Source: Nitrospirota bacterium (GTDB lineage: Bacteria > Nitrospirota > UBA9217). From it: a stretch of 64,000 bases of DNA. Below, piece by piece: positions 32,222 to 44,042 of this stretch. The stretch is from contig CAWCKW010000012.1 of NCBI GenBank assembly GCA_963796285.1, positions 192,001 through 256,000 of the forward strand. The letters are read 5' to 3'. Below the pieces are notes generated by a model that worked only from the letters and a program-made list of their open reading frames with translations, searched no databases and was not told the DNA's origin. Position numbers and translations under genes: made by a program. Position 1 is the stretch's first letter. Every line of letters begins with the position of its first letter.

Positions 32222-33932
32222 TTACCAGAAGATCGTGACGAGCGTTTGATATTCATAGAACGGGCACGCGACTGAAAATTCTTTCGACCTGGTGTACTTT
32301 CTAGTTCTTTCCTTAATTGACTGCGGCACGATATCCCTCGTGCGGCCGGAAATCACCGCAATCGCTTTCTTCTCCACGGCGGCCGCGACGTCAGGGAGAT
32401 AATAAGAAGGGTTCTTATATTCCCAACTGAACCGAAAGGTGGACAGATTAACATCCATATCGGCAGAAGATGCCCCGGGTTCATAGTTGAAGATAATTTT
32501 TTTCTTCGTGAACAGATGCAGGATCGGAACGGCAATCGCCGGATTGATAGGGTATTCCCGTTCCGGAACAGGAAAGACCTCGACGACATCTATCCCCAGT
32601 GTATCAAGAAATGCGCCTGCCTCCTGAATATTTACCGAGCTCAATTGTTTCATATAGGGGATATAGGCGAAGAAACACAGCGCAAGGGCCGCGGCAACTG
32701 AGCACGAACGGCTGCTTTTACAACACGCCGGTCCTTGAGAACAGTAAGGGCGTATGCAGCCATAAGCGCCAGCATCGGGAAAGCGGGAAGCATATAGCGG
32801 ATACGTTTTATCTGAAAAATGACGACCAGGAGGGGCAGCCAGGCAATTATCAGGTATTTCAGGTCCCGCCTCACGCCGGCCACGAAAAGAGAAGCGAACG
32901 CCGCTATCGAGATTATCGGGCTGATCTGAAATAAAAAGGTGGAAACAAAGCTCTCAGACCACCGGTCGAGCCCCGGTTTCTGATAAGAAAGCAGAAGTCG
33001 TATCTGTTCCGCAACGACGTCATGTGTGAGGATCACAGCAATGCCGACCAGGAGACAAGAAAAAAGAAATACCAAGAAAGTATTTTTGAGTATCAGCCTG
33101 CGTTGCTTCGGATGCATCAGATAATAGCTGAGCGATATAAGCGGTAAAACCGAGAGCAGAAAGAGCGCTGAATACTTGCAAAAAACGGTAAAAACAACGG
33201 CGATTGAAGCCCCGACGGCAGATCCTGACCGCCTGATACGATTGCTTTCAAAAAGAGAGAGATGGAGAGCATCAGAAAAAACATAGTCGGAACGTCAACA
33301 AGCATAAGCGGCGTCATCATGATGAGATACGGCATCCCGAGCAGTAAGACGCCTCCGATAAACCCCGTGTCTTCATCCCAAAGCATTTTGCCGATAAGCC
33401 AGGTGAGGACCGTCGTATTCCGAAGAGAAGCACGGTGAATATTTGGGTAAAAATCCGCGTTTCGCCGAAGAGCCTGAAGATTAATCCATAAAAAAAGGGG
33501 ACCGCGGGGAGGTGGTAAGGCTGGTATCTCTCTTCCCCATTCCTTCAAGAAAAAGGCGACGCCGTACTGTTCGAGATATTTCGCCTGTTGGAAATACCGC
33601 GAAGCATCTATATTCACCTGCGGTATCGACCAACAGAGCGCGGCCACGGCTGTCGCGGCGGCAAAAAGAAAGAGCGGGCGGACGCGGGCGGGCAGGGAAA
33701 TACGGGAAATGGAAATCAGGGACGCGAAGAGCAACGCCGCCGATAAAAAAATAAAAAATCGGGCAGGTTTGGCCCCGGACAGAAAAATGATATTCCAACT
33801 GGCAAGACTGTTGTCATCATACCGCCGAAGAAAAAACAGCGCCGTGGTCATGAGTATGGTGAAAAGCGCGGGAATCCAGGCTGTTAATTTTGCCGTTGGT
33901 TCGTGTCGGTCGATGAAATCATTATAGTCCAA
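32222..33932 (-). CDS. GT-C fold (ArnT/PMT_2, GT39-like) membrane glycosyltransferase, paralog 1, multiply frameshifted
   Basis: D.SRYF.QAK.LE.YG, TPLMLVDVPTMFF, many TM segments, RY.LPAFP, NPA.AVP.L.L, ending TIFW; start approximate. Confidence 0.75.
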
Positions 33933-33984
33933 TGTCCATTGTCTTTTTTTGCTTCGTGGCTTTGTAAGAGAGAGACGTGAGTAG

Positions 33985-35423
33985 TTACCTTCTTTTTTTG
34001 AAGAGATCTTTTGCCACCCAGAGCCAGAACAAACTCGTGCCGCCTTAACGAGGGACGCGAAGTCATCCCAGTTCCGGACCGAGAGAATTCTCTTGACGAT
34101 GAACGATGGGCGGGAGTAGAACTTTCTGAACGCCTTTTGCCTGAGGTCGATGATCTGGTCCTTGGTCATGGTGCGGGGAACAAATGCGGCGCCCTGATAG
34201 GTGAAGTCCGTGAGTTCCTCGGAAATCTCGCCGTACTTGTCCAGGTTGTCGTAGAGCTCGGTCCCGGGAAAGGGCGTTATGGCATGGAAACTTACCGTGT
34301 CGGGATCCAGTTCAATGGCGAACCGGATTGTCTCCAGTCCCTCTTCGTAGGTTTCTCCGGGGATGCCGAACATGAAGGGCGTGTGAACTTTGAGCCCGAC
34401 TTGCTGCGCGTCTTTCACCGCCGTTCTTATCTGGTCGAGGGTTGTTCCTTTTCTGATGGTATTGAGATTTTTCTGCACACCGCTCTCCGCGCCGAACAGG
34501 ATCGCCCAGCAGCCCGCGTCCTTGAAGGCTTGCAGCAGGGGTTTGTCCACCTGGTTGACGCAGGCCGAGACGAACCAGGTGAAATCCAGTTTCCGCGCCC
34601 TGATCTCCTCGGTAAATCGCATTGCCCTATCGTAGTCCGCGGCAAGCGTATCATCGAGAAATTTGATCTCCCGGTACCCCTGGGCAAGGCATTGCTCGAT
34701 CTCCTGCATCACGTTTTCGATGCTGCGGTAGCGGATCCCGCTTTTTCTGTCCTTGTCGATCTGAAAACAGTAGATGCACCGCCTGTTGCACCCCCGGGAC
34801 GTCATCATCACCGTCACGGGCGTTCGTTTGTACGTGGCCGGCGTGGGCAAGTATCGGTTCGGGTCCCCGAGGAGTTCCCGTGCAGGGAAGGGGAGCGCGT
34901 CGAGGTCTGCAATCAACGGCCGTGGCGGATTTTTGATGATCCGTTCCCGCTCGCGCCAGATGATCCCCTCTACGCCTTCAAGCGTGCGTCCTGCCTGGAG
35001 TCTCTCTACCGTTTCGAGCACCGTGAACTCCCCCTCTCCGGTCACGATGGCGTCGATGCTTTCCCCGGCATCGATAAGACAGCGCTCCTGCACGGCGATC
35101 GGATAGGGGCCTCCTGCGCAGATGAATGCCCGGTCTCCATACATTGCTCTGAGATCAACAGCCGTCTGTTTTGCTTTTTTCCATCCAAAGGTTGTTGAAT
35201 AAATTCCGATGAATCGGGGCGCGAATTTCTCCGTTTCCCGGAGCAGTTCTTCATGGGTGAGGAACGCGCCGTTCTGGAACATTACTTCATGGCCTGCGTT
35301 TTGGAGAACTGCGGCCACATACAGCGTTCCCAGGGGCTGCCAATAATTGATCTGGGATGCGGCGGTTTTAGAAGAAAAAATATCCCGCGGCACCCAGGAG
35401 GGTATGATAAGGGCGCATTTCAT
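33985..35423 (-). CDS. B12-binding (class B) radical SAM protein; true stop probably at 33985
   Basis: QPLGTLYVAA, GGPYP, GEGE, SRGCNRRCIYC, FGAESG and TPFPGT. Restoring the base present in the 25.4 kb copy gives ...ARSLFWLWVAKDLFKKRR-stop. Confidence 0.9.
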
Positions 35424-35473
35424 TACGTTCTAACCTCGTTTTAAAATAATATGTCCAGGTCTCGGGTCTCGGG

Positions 35474-36873
35474 TCAGGTCTTGCAGCTAACATGAGACTT
35501 GAAACTTGCAGACTGACGTATGATCTTATCCGCGGTTTTCATTCCCGAGTCTATCGCATGGTCCATGTTATAGTACTTGAACATTCCCGCTCTTCCGGCG
35601 ATATGGAGGTTCGTGAATTGAGCAAGATAATCATACATGACGTCGAGATGTTTCTCATATCCTATCTCGAACAGCGGGTAGGCCTGCGGCACCCTCAGCA
35701 CGACGCTCTCCAGAACCTCGTGGCCTTTGATATACCCAAGGCGCTCAAGACTTTCGACGGCAAGTGCGGGTAAGGTCGTCATCACTCGAATTCCATATGG
35801 CATCGCCCTGAAAACTGAAGAATTCCGTTACCAGGAGCGTCTTGCCTTCGGGCGCCATTTCCTTGCTCCAGTTCGTGGGTTCGTGGAGCCTGCCGATGGG
35901 AATATTTTTCTCCGGGATATAGATCCAGGTCAGATCGGTAACGCGTGGCCTGTCGATCATGACGGTAACGGTCACGAGGTCCCGGAATTTGAGGCTTGAG
36001 GCGGCTGCCAGAATTTCCGCAGGCGGCGGCGGATCAAGCATGGTGATCAGCTTCGTGATCGGGATGCTCGATATAAATTCCGCTCCCCCATAGATCCTTG
36101 AACCGTCCCGGTCCCTCACCGTGATGCTGTCCACGGTAAAGCCGGTGCGGCTGATCCGTTCCACCCCACGATTGGTGTATACCTCGCCTGAGCGCTGAAT
36201 CCCCTCAGCGAGTTTATCGGATAACCGTCCGATGCCCAGTCCGGGGATAGAGAAACTCATCCACAAGAGAGGGGATGTCCCTTCCCTTTATTTTGAAAAA
36301 AGCGTTCGCAACGGCTGATGACAGCGACAGCCCTTTGATTCGCCGGGCCACCCATTCGGCGCTGATGGCACTGCAGGGGATGCCCCAGACTTTTTCACTG
36401 TATTCCTTGAAGTAGATGTCAAACAAGGTGCGCCCGAAATTGGCGACAACCCAGTCCTCGAGTGAAACAGGTTCGGGATTCCGGAACAGCCGTTTGATCC
36501 GCTCAAGCCCATAGTCCCCCAGGATCCTGAGCGTGGTAAACAGGCCCATGCCGAAAACCGCATTGACCGGCTCCAGCGGATAGTCGAAGTATTTTCCGCG
36601 AATGAATATCTTCGTTTTGCGCGGCACCGTGATCAGTTCATCTCCCATCAGGTCTTTCACAAAGGCCTCAAGCCGCGGGTCCTTTGTGAAGAACCGGTGG
36701 GGGCCGATGTCGAACCTGAAGCCGTTATGCTCGATGGTCTTCGAAATGCCGCCGACCGTGGAATCATGTTCGAAGACCGTGACGCTGAGACCGGCCTTGG
36801 ACAGGACATATCCGGCGGAAAGCCCGGTAAGACCTCCGCCCAGAATGAGTATTTCGTTGTTCGGTTCAGTCAC
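35474..36873 (-). CDS. FAD-dependent oxidoreductase, paralog 2, frameshifted
   Basis: RBS GAGGA then GTG at 36873; ILGGGLTGL, FDIGPHRFF and GRAGMFKYYNMDHAI; collinear with paralog 1. Confidence 0.88.
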
Positions 36874-36887
36874 GGTTCCTCTCAAGG

Positions 36888-38794
36888 TTACCAGTAAATC
36901 CGCACAATGGTGTGATTGGCTAAAAAGGGGAAATAGGTAGTAAACGATTTCGTATGATGCAATCTTCCGATTGTATCCGTTAATTCGGGAGGAATCTTTG
37001 TCATTGACGTCCGCCAAAATCACGGCGACAGCCTTTTTCCCTGCAGACTGACCGGCGCCGCTTTCGTAGTAAGGAGGATTCTGGTATTCCCAACTATCGC
37101 GGAAACGGGAGGTGTGGTAATCTTCATCGGGCGTTGAAGCGCCTGGAACATAATGATACAAGATCCTCTTATGGGTAGAGAGGTCGAGCAGAGGCACGGC
37201 AACGGCAGGGTTGACAGGATAATTTTGCTGAGGAACGGCAATGACCTCAACGGCATCGACATCGAGCGTGTCCAAAAATTGGCCGGCTTCCTTTAAATTG
37301 ACGGCGCTCCATTGCTTGAGGAAGGGGCGATAGAGAAAGAAACAGGTCGCGAGGGACGTTGCTATAACCGAAGCCACAATGATTTTTCTCAGATCGCGGT
37401 TTCGCAGACTGAGGAGACCCCGGGCCGCCATGAGGGTCAACATCGGAAACGCGGGGACTATGTAGCGGACCCTCTTTATTTCAAAAAAAACGGCGAGAAA
37501 TGGCAACCAAGCTACGATCAGATATTTGAGGTCCCGATTCCATGCTGCAAGGAAGATGGATAAGATTGCCGCGATGGTGATAGCAGGGTTGATCTGAAAG
37601 AGGATAGATCGAGGCACAGGTCTCGGTCCACCGGCCGAGACTCGGTGTCAGAAATTCCGATCATGAGTTTGATCTGGCTGACAACGACGTCGAGTTTGAG
37701 CAACAGGGGAACGCCGATAAGAAGGAGGGAAAGCAGGAGCACCCGGAGAGTCGTTTGCAGCACCTGCCGGGATGCGGCATTGCCGAATTTTCTCCCTCTG
37801 CCCTCGTTGGAGAGGGCTGGGGTGAGGGGGAAATCTGAAAGAATAGGCCCGTGGTTCCTGAAATAATAGACGGCCGATATAACCGGCAAAACAGACAGCA
37901 TGGGCCATACGGAATATTCCAAAAAAAAGCGATGAAAATCGGCAAGCCACCGCTATCGCGCGGCCGATGCCACCTGCATCAACTGCCAGGATAAAAAGAT
38001 AGATGGACAGCGTAAGGAAAAACATCGTGTGAATGTCAAGAAGCATAAGCGGCGTCCTGGATGATGAGAGTAGGGTATCCCGAGGAGCAGTATGCCTCCA
38101 TAAAAACCGGTATCTTCGTCCCAAAGCTTTTTCCGATCAAGAGACGTGAACCACAGCGGTCATCCCGAAAGGAAGGCGGTGAAAAGCTGAATAGAAACTC
38201 TGTACTCCCCGAATAGTTTGAAGATCAGTCCGTCGAAGAACGGTACGGCAGGCAGGTCCATCCAGGCCTGGATTCCATGCCCCATTCTTTTAAAAAATAG
38301 GTGTGCCGTAGAGTTCAAGATGTTTCGCCTGCGTGACGTAGCGCGCGGCGACAGTGTTTATTTCGGGCACGCTCCAAAAAAAGCGGCAGCGAAAAAGCAT
38401 GCAAGAAAAAGGCAGAGTGCACGAGGAAAGGGGGAGGAAATCCTGAACGCGGCCCATGCGAATAGCACGCGGTAGAGGAAAACAAATAATAAAGTGAGGT
38501 GAGGCGTGGTAAGGAAAATCAGATGCCAACCGGTAAAGGGGTTGTCGTCGAATCGGCGAAAAAGAATTCCGCAAGAGGCACAACAAGGCAGATTAGGCAT
38601 GCTAGAACCAAGGTGACGGGACGATTCCATCCGTATCGGGGCATCCAATTCATTATTTCATACCTTAATACAGTACACCTGAAAAAGCAAGAAAAAGGAG
38701 AGATGAAAAAGTAGAGATGACTTGCGCCGGCCAATATCACCGCTAACAGACCGATATGCGAATGCTTGGCAGGGAGGGAAGCGCTCGGCCTCAC
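36888..38794 (-). CDS. GT-C fold membrane glycosyltransferase, paralog 2, multiply frameshifted
   Basis: ARYVTQAKHLELYG, TPLMLLDIHTMFF, RYIVPAFP and NPAVAVPLLDL; ends ...IYW-TAA at 36888. Confidence 0.75.
37791..37830. repeat. REP-like palindromic element inside the GT-C gene
   Basis: TCTCCCTCTGCCCTCGTTGGAGAGGGCTGGGGTGAGGGGG; read in frame as PLTPALSNEGRG; absent from the equivalent loop of paralog 1. Confidence 0.65.
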
Positions 38795-38919
38795 TTTTTT
38801 CGCACCCCTCGTAATATACTAGTTAAGAAGTTCATAACAATTGCGTTAAAAACGTGAAAAATGAAACGAAGATAATCTAAAGCGTGAACTTTAGAAAATC
38901 GCATGTTTGGATATTTATG

Positions 38920-38947
38920 TTGACTTTAGATAACCATTTTATATAAT
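38920..38947 (+). promoter_or_regulatory. Sigma70-type promoter of the porin/Ig-lipoprotein operon
   Basis: TTGACT-16 nt-TATAAT in the AT-rich divergent intergenic region. Confidence 0.65.
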
Positions 38948-39097
38948 GCACACGTTGCATTCTTGAGCGCTATTTGAAAAGGAAATACCTTTCTATTGAC
39001 AGCAAAACTTGGAGATAAACTGGATATAAAGCCGACTGTTGATAATAAATGTTCTGACGATTCCGAAGGGGCGAGACTATTTCTTAAAGGAGGACTG

Positions 39098-40296
39098 ATG
39101 ATGCGCGTTGTAAAGGAGTTGATGATGGGGATGTTGATCAGCGGTTTTGTCCTAATCGGACTGGGGAGTGAAAATGCCGCGGCCTATAACGTTATTGACA
39201 ACGGCAATGGCGGATTCCTGGACATCGATTACCAAGTTCAGGCGCGAGAGGCATTCAGCAACATCGGCGGCGGACCGACCGGAGCGGCAGCTCTAACAAT
39301 TTCTATTTACGGAGAAACCGCCTCAGCTTTCTCGGCAACGTAATCAGACCTACGGCTTTGCGCTGGAATATGAATACAACGGCGGAACCAGGATCGGCGA
39401 TTTCACAGTACAGCAGCAGGCCACCGACTATACCGTTATCATCCTGGATGCCTATCTGACCGCGGACTATGGCGACTTCCTGAAATTCCGCGTCGGCAGA
39501 ACAAAGCAGTTGCTCACCCGCGAGGTGTCGGAAGGCTGCTTTGACCCCCTCTCGATGGATCGTTCCATCTTTATCGGAGGCCCCTTCACCACGGACAATT
39601 ACAATGGCGGGGACAAAACGACACGTGATGTCGGCGTCGCGGCCATGGGGAATTTATTTTCCGATGTCTTCCAGTATCGCCTGGCCATCATGCAGGGCAA
39701 TAAATATTCCTCAACCGACAAACCCGACAACGTCGGGTACCGGTATACCGGCCGCGTGCATCTGTCCCTCCTCGATCCCGAGACCGACTGGGGTACAAGG
39801 GCACCTACCTGGGGAAGAAAAAAGTGCTCACTCTCGGGGCGGGGTATGAAATGGAGCCGAATGCGGTCTATTCCGTCGGAACCACAGGCGCCGAAAAATA
39901 TACTGCATATACCTATGACCTCTTCTTCGAATATCCCACTCAGATGGGCACCTTCACGCTTTCGAGCGCCTATCTGAAGCAGGATTTCAACGAGGCGGGC
40001 ATGCGCGGCGTTCAAGACGCTACGGGCGTCAACGGAGAGAAGAACGGCTATTACGGCAAGGTGGCCTACATGCTGGGCAAATACCAGGTGTACGGCCGCT
40101 CGGAAAAGTGGTCCTTTGCAAACCTCAGCGGCGTCTCCGATCAGCATGTAGACTGGAATGCTGCAGGAATCAACTATTATATAAATGGACAAAACCTGAG
40201 GCTCACCCTCGAAATGCAAAAAATAGCCTTTAGCAAATCGTCGGCGTCGGCCAGGGATTTCAAACAACACTATTCCAGTTTCAGGCAAGATTTTAA
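39098..40296 (+). CDS. ExtI-like outer-membrane porin (OprO/P-related), frameshifted
   Basis: RBS AGGAGG, signal peptide, RE..E.C..PL..DRS.FI, YRYTGRVHLSLLDPE, GEKNGYY.K, INYYI.GQNL.LT; reconstructed C-terminus FQFQARF is a beta-barrel signal. Confidence 0.75.
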
Positions 40297-40321
40297 CTTA
40301 TAGCGATTGGAGAATTCCAAA

Positions 40322-41251
40322 ATGAAAAAAGGTAAAGACAAGAAAGTTTTTGCGGTTATTCTTGCACTTTCGGCATTGATAGTAACCATAATCGCGGTTC
40401 ATGGTTGCGCTATTTCATCTTATGAAGGGCTTAAAATAACCTCTATTTCGATAGAACCCGTCAACAACACTGCAGCAGCAGGTACTGTTACGATCGTGGC
40501 GCAGACCGTGCAGCAGTTCAAAGCAACCGGTCTTTACTCCGATTCGACGACGACCGAACTCTCTCCGTCGAGTACCTGGAGTACGTCGGATGCAAATGTC
40601 GCTACCGTATCCGCTACAGGACTCGCCGCTGCCGTAGCGCCGTCAGGAACCTGCACGATTACAGCGACAGCTCAAGGGGTGAGCGCATCTATACGGCTGA
40701 CCATCAAAAACCTGGCGATCCAATCGATCACGGTATCTCCGGGTACGGCGACCACGAACAAGGGGTTCACTCAGCAGTTCACGGCTATGGGACTTTTCAG
40801 TGACGGAACCGATACAATGAACCAGGACATCACAACCCTGGCAACATGGAGTTCCACAACAACGTCGGTCGCCACTATTGACGCTCAGGGAAAGGCCACA
40901 GCAGTTACTGCGGGTACAACCGATATTACCGCACAATGGAACGGCGTAACCTCCAATGCGGTTACCTTGACCGTTTCGAGTGGGACATTGACGGCGATCG
41001 CAATTACGGCATCTTCTTCTACGTCCGTACAGACGGGAAATACAATCCAATTGACGGCAACCGGCACCTTTGAGGACGCTACCACTCAAGATATAACCTC
41101 CCAAGTTGTGTGGAGTTCGGAGCGCCCTGATATCTACCGTAGACAATTCCGGCTGGTTACGACGATCTCTGCGGGCCGTGCAACAATCACGGCCACGGCG
41201 GAAGGGATAACGGGCAGTATTCAGATAACCGCACTCCATATCGGGCACTAG
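40322..41251 (+). CDS. Lipoprotein with three bacterial Ig-like (Big_2) domains
   Basis: Lipobox VHGC; three repeats of SI.V.P...QF.ATG..SD....T...TWSS....VAT....G...A...GT..ITA. Confidence 0.88.
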   Translation: MKKGKDKKVFAVILALSALIVTIIAVHGCAISSYEGLKITSISIEPVNNTAAAGTVTIVAQTVQQFKATGLYSDSTTTELSPSSTWSTSDANVATVSATGLAAAVAPSGTCTITATAQGVSASIRLTIKNLAIQSITVSPGTATTNKGFTQQFTAMGLFSDGTDTMNQDITTLATWSSTTTSVATIDAQGKATAVTAGTTDITAQWNGVTSNAVTLTVSSGTLTAIAITASSSTSVQTGNTIQLTATGTFEDATTQDITSQVVWSSERPDIYRRQFRLVTTISAGRATITATAEGITGSIQITALHIGH

Positions 41252-41446
41252 GGCTTAAGGTCAGCCCCATCATGACTCGTATGGTTTTTTTACAAATCAT
41301 AGTGAATGGAAGCATGATCGATACTGTTTAAACTGTATAAAAGGAGGTGAAGATATAAATTCAATAGGCGCTCTCATCGCCCGGCAAGGAGTCAATAATA
41401 TTTTCAAGAGATCTAATAACTCTAACCAAGGGGAGGAATTAAAGTG

Positions 41447-43179
41447 ATGAAAAAATCAGTAAAAGCTACCTTTCTCGTTGTTTTATCGGTTGTCGTCGTA
41501 TATAGTATGATGCTGTTCTCTGGTTGCAGCAGCAGTAGTAGTAGTGACAACGGCGGCGGCACCCCGGTGCTCCAGACAATCACAGTGACTCCTGCGGTCA
41601 AATCCATCCAGACCGGCAGCACGGCGCAGTTCACGGCAAGCGCAGTGATGTCCGATGGTACGGCTACGACTCCCGCCATAACGTGGAGTTCATCGGCTAC
41701 TAGCGTTGCGACGATCAACGCAGCGGGCCTTGCCACTGCTGTTGCGGCCGGCACGACGACCATCACGGCAACATCGGGCAGCGTCAGCGGCACGGCCGTT
41801 TTGACGGTGACGACGACGACTCTCACGTATAGTGGCACGCTCTATCAGGCCTCCCAGAATGGCGGTCATATCGGTGTGTTTTCGGTGACGATCAATCCGT
41901 CGAATACCACCTCGCCTATTACGGTGGACACAGCGAGTGCATCAAAGATCCAGCTCAACGGATCGCCAAGCGACACTGCTAATCATACTGTTTTCCACGA
42001 TATAAAATTTGATGACGAGACTAACCCCACTAAGATTTACTATTCCGCGATCATGTCCAGGCCCGGAACTACCGGGGTTGCCGACATCGGCTACGTGGAT
42101 TTGACCCAAACCAGTTATGCTACGACCAACAACGGCATAAACTCGGTAATCGATATTGACTATGCGGGCACCCAAAATATTGCGTGGGCCTTATCTCTGA
42201 TGGCGCCTGAGGAGTTCGGCACCACATCGGCCATTGAATACTGCGCATCGGGAATGGACAAGACGAATGGTTATTTTCTGCCGATGTCGATGAGCTTCCC
42301 CGCGTACGTTGATGCTGTTCCGCTGGCGAAACTCGCTACCGGCGCAAAGGGCAGCGTTAGCAACGAACTTATGAGCGGAAGCGCGGACTTTACCAGAACG
42401 TATGTCTGGCAGATCGACCACGCCATGGATAATCTCAATCCACCCAGCAACTTCGGTCAGCCCCGCTGGCATTTATTCACGGCACTTCCAATCCTGCCGG
42501 CGACAAGGTTTATATGGCGATGAACGTCGTAAGCGGCCTCTCCACTACGACCAACTTGGCGGGTATTGTCAGAACTTACCTTGTCAATGCAAGCGATCTT
42601 GAATCAGCCAGCTCCACGACGCTCGGCATCAGCACCATGACGCCTGAGAAAGTTCTTTCGAGCGCTTCCTACACCGTGGCACCGTCCGATTCAACCACGA
42701 GCGGCGACGGATCGCTCCAGGGGACGATTGTGTATCGCGCCTCCTATACGCCTGATGACAAATATATCCTGCAATCAGGATCCGACCGCTTGCTGATCTT
42801 CAAAGCCAATGACCTGAGCATCTATGCCGACACCGGTACCACCAGTAACGCTAACTCCGTAACAAAACCGGGAGCCATCACTGCTGGATTGGGAGCGGGC
42901 ACGGACGGCGGCATTGAAGTACACGATGTCATTTCGACTCCGGATAGCAAATATGCTATCCTGTCGGTTCGGTACTATGCAGACTCAACCCAGGCTGCTA
43001 TTGGGGGAGCTGGGGTACCGGGGATCAAGACCAGCGGTGTTCAGCTTTACGATATTGCCAACAAGCAGTTCATCGGCGGCGTTGTACCGACCTGCGGTTC
43101 GAGTGCTAGTTCTTGCCATGCCGCGACCGGCGACTTTACGACCCGCGCGACGTGCGGCATTCTTTTCAAGAAAAACTAG
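41447..43179 (+). CDS. Lipoprotein: Big_2 domain plus probable beta-propeller domain with C-terminal CX6CH; one frameshift near 42460
   Basis: Lipobox FSGC, poly-Ser linker, one Big_2, TPDDKY/TPDSKY propeller-type repeats, and motifs GGH, FHD, YC, FIHG, VHD and CGSSASSCH. Confidence 0.75.
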
Positions 43180-43203
43180 TCTCGATACAATTCTTGATCT
43201 TTC

Positions 43204-43235
43204 AAGGGGGGGCGGGATAACCGCTCCTCCTTTTT
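43204..43235 (+). terminator. Intrinsic terminator
   Basis: G-rich/C-rich stem GGGGGGGCGG-GATAA-CCGCTCCTCC followed by TTTTT. Confidence 0.7.
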
Positions 43236-43501
43236 ATTGTGTGGGGAACTCCTGGGTACTTCTATAATGCTCCTGTCCAGATACCGGGCAAATCAGGAAA
43301 GAGGCATCGTCCGTGAGCGATAGACGCGCCTTTCAGTGCCCTGCAGATTTTCACGATAAGAAAGCACCGGGAACCTTATGCCGCCGCTGCGCGAACCGCA
43401 CGCTTGCGCTGCAGAGCGAAAGAATTGCTGCCCAGATAACTGAGGCATTATCCGCGCGTGCACAAACATACAAAAAAGCAAATTAAAAAGCTAATTAAAA
43501 C

Positions 43502-43530
43502 TTGACAATTTGCTCAAGCGAAAGTAACAT
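43502..43530 (+). promoter_or_regulatory. Sigma70-type promoter
   Basis: TTGACA-17 nt-TAACAT upstream of RBS AGGAG and ATG 43587. Confidence 0.6.
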
Positions 43531-43586
43531 CGAGTGCTAACGTACTCCGCAGTGATGCCGTATTGTTCGTAAAAAAGGAGAGAATC

Positions 43587-44042
43587 ATGGTGCTTCATAG
43601 AAAGATCACTTTCATTGTTACTGTTTTTCTGTTGGCACTCCTTTTCGGTCCGTCTCTTCATGCAGGCAGCCTTGAAACGTCAGGAATACAACAATCGCCG
43701 ATATTCGTTTCTATGCCCGGACCTGGAAAAATACCGATCAATAGCGACTATTATATAATCCTTGGTTTCGACAAGGAACCGAAAATAGGTACCGTGATCC
43801 TGAGGGTCAGTGTTTACACCAAAGACGGGAATAAGGACACCTCACTCGAAATTGCCGCTGATTCCGGCATGCCTTCCATGCGAGGGGCCCATGACACAGG
43901 TGACCTCCCCATGCAACTTTCACGAAAGAAAGAATATCTTCTCCCTATCAATATCGTGATGCCCGGAGAATGGGAAATCCGGCTAACGGTCAGAAAAGCC
44001 GGGAAGGTTATTTACCGTGGCAGTTATCGGTTCGATGTATAA
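43587..44042 (+). CDS. Periplasmic YtkA/FixH-like protein
   Basis: Signal peptide, D.GMPSMRGAH and ..MPGEWEIRL.V motifs. Confidence 0.7.
   Translation: MVLHRKITFIVTVFLLALLFGPSLHAGSLETSGIQQSPIFVSMPGPGKIPINSDYYIILGFDKEPKIGTVILRVSVYTKDGNKDTSLEIAADSGMPSMRGAHDTGDLPMQLSRKKEYLLPINIVMPGEWEIRLTVRKAGKVIYRGSYRFDV

Noticed and set aside
33117-35423. 768-aa radical SAM-glycosyltransferase fusion
   Set aside because: It results from a 1-nt deletion near 34035; the duplicate at 25.4 kb shows the proper frame, which stops at 33985.
36214-37617. 467-aa GT-C/FAD oxidoreductase fusion
   Set aside because: A frameshift near 36930 bypasses the TAA at 36888; the FAD gene has its own RBS and GTG, and the paralogous pair is unfused.
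38995-39070. Possible c-di-GMP-I (GEMM) riboswitch upstream of the porin
   Set aside because: GCAAAAC, AAAGCC and CCGAA echo the motif, but I cannot form the P1/P2 stems or the GNRA loop; an Infernal search would settle it.
43261-43490. Cobalamin riboswitch or small ORF
   Set aside because: No B12-box or GGGAA...GGTG core found, and the ORF has no recognisable features.
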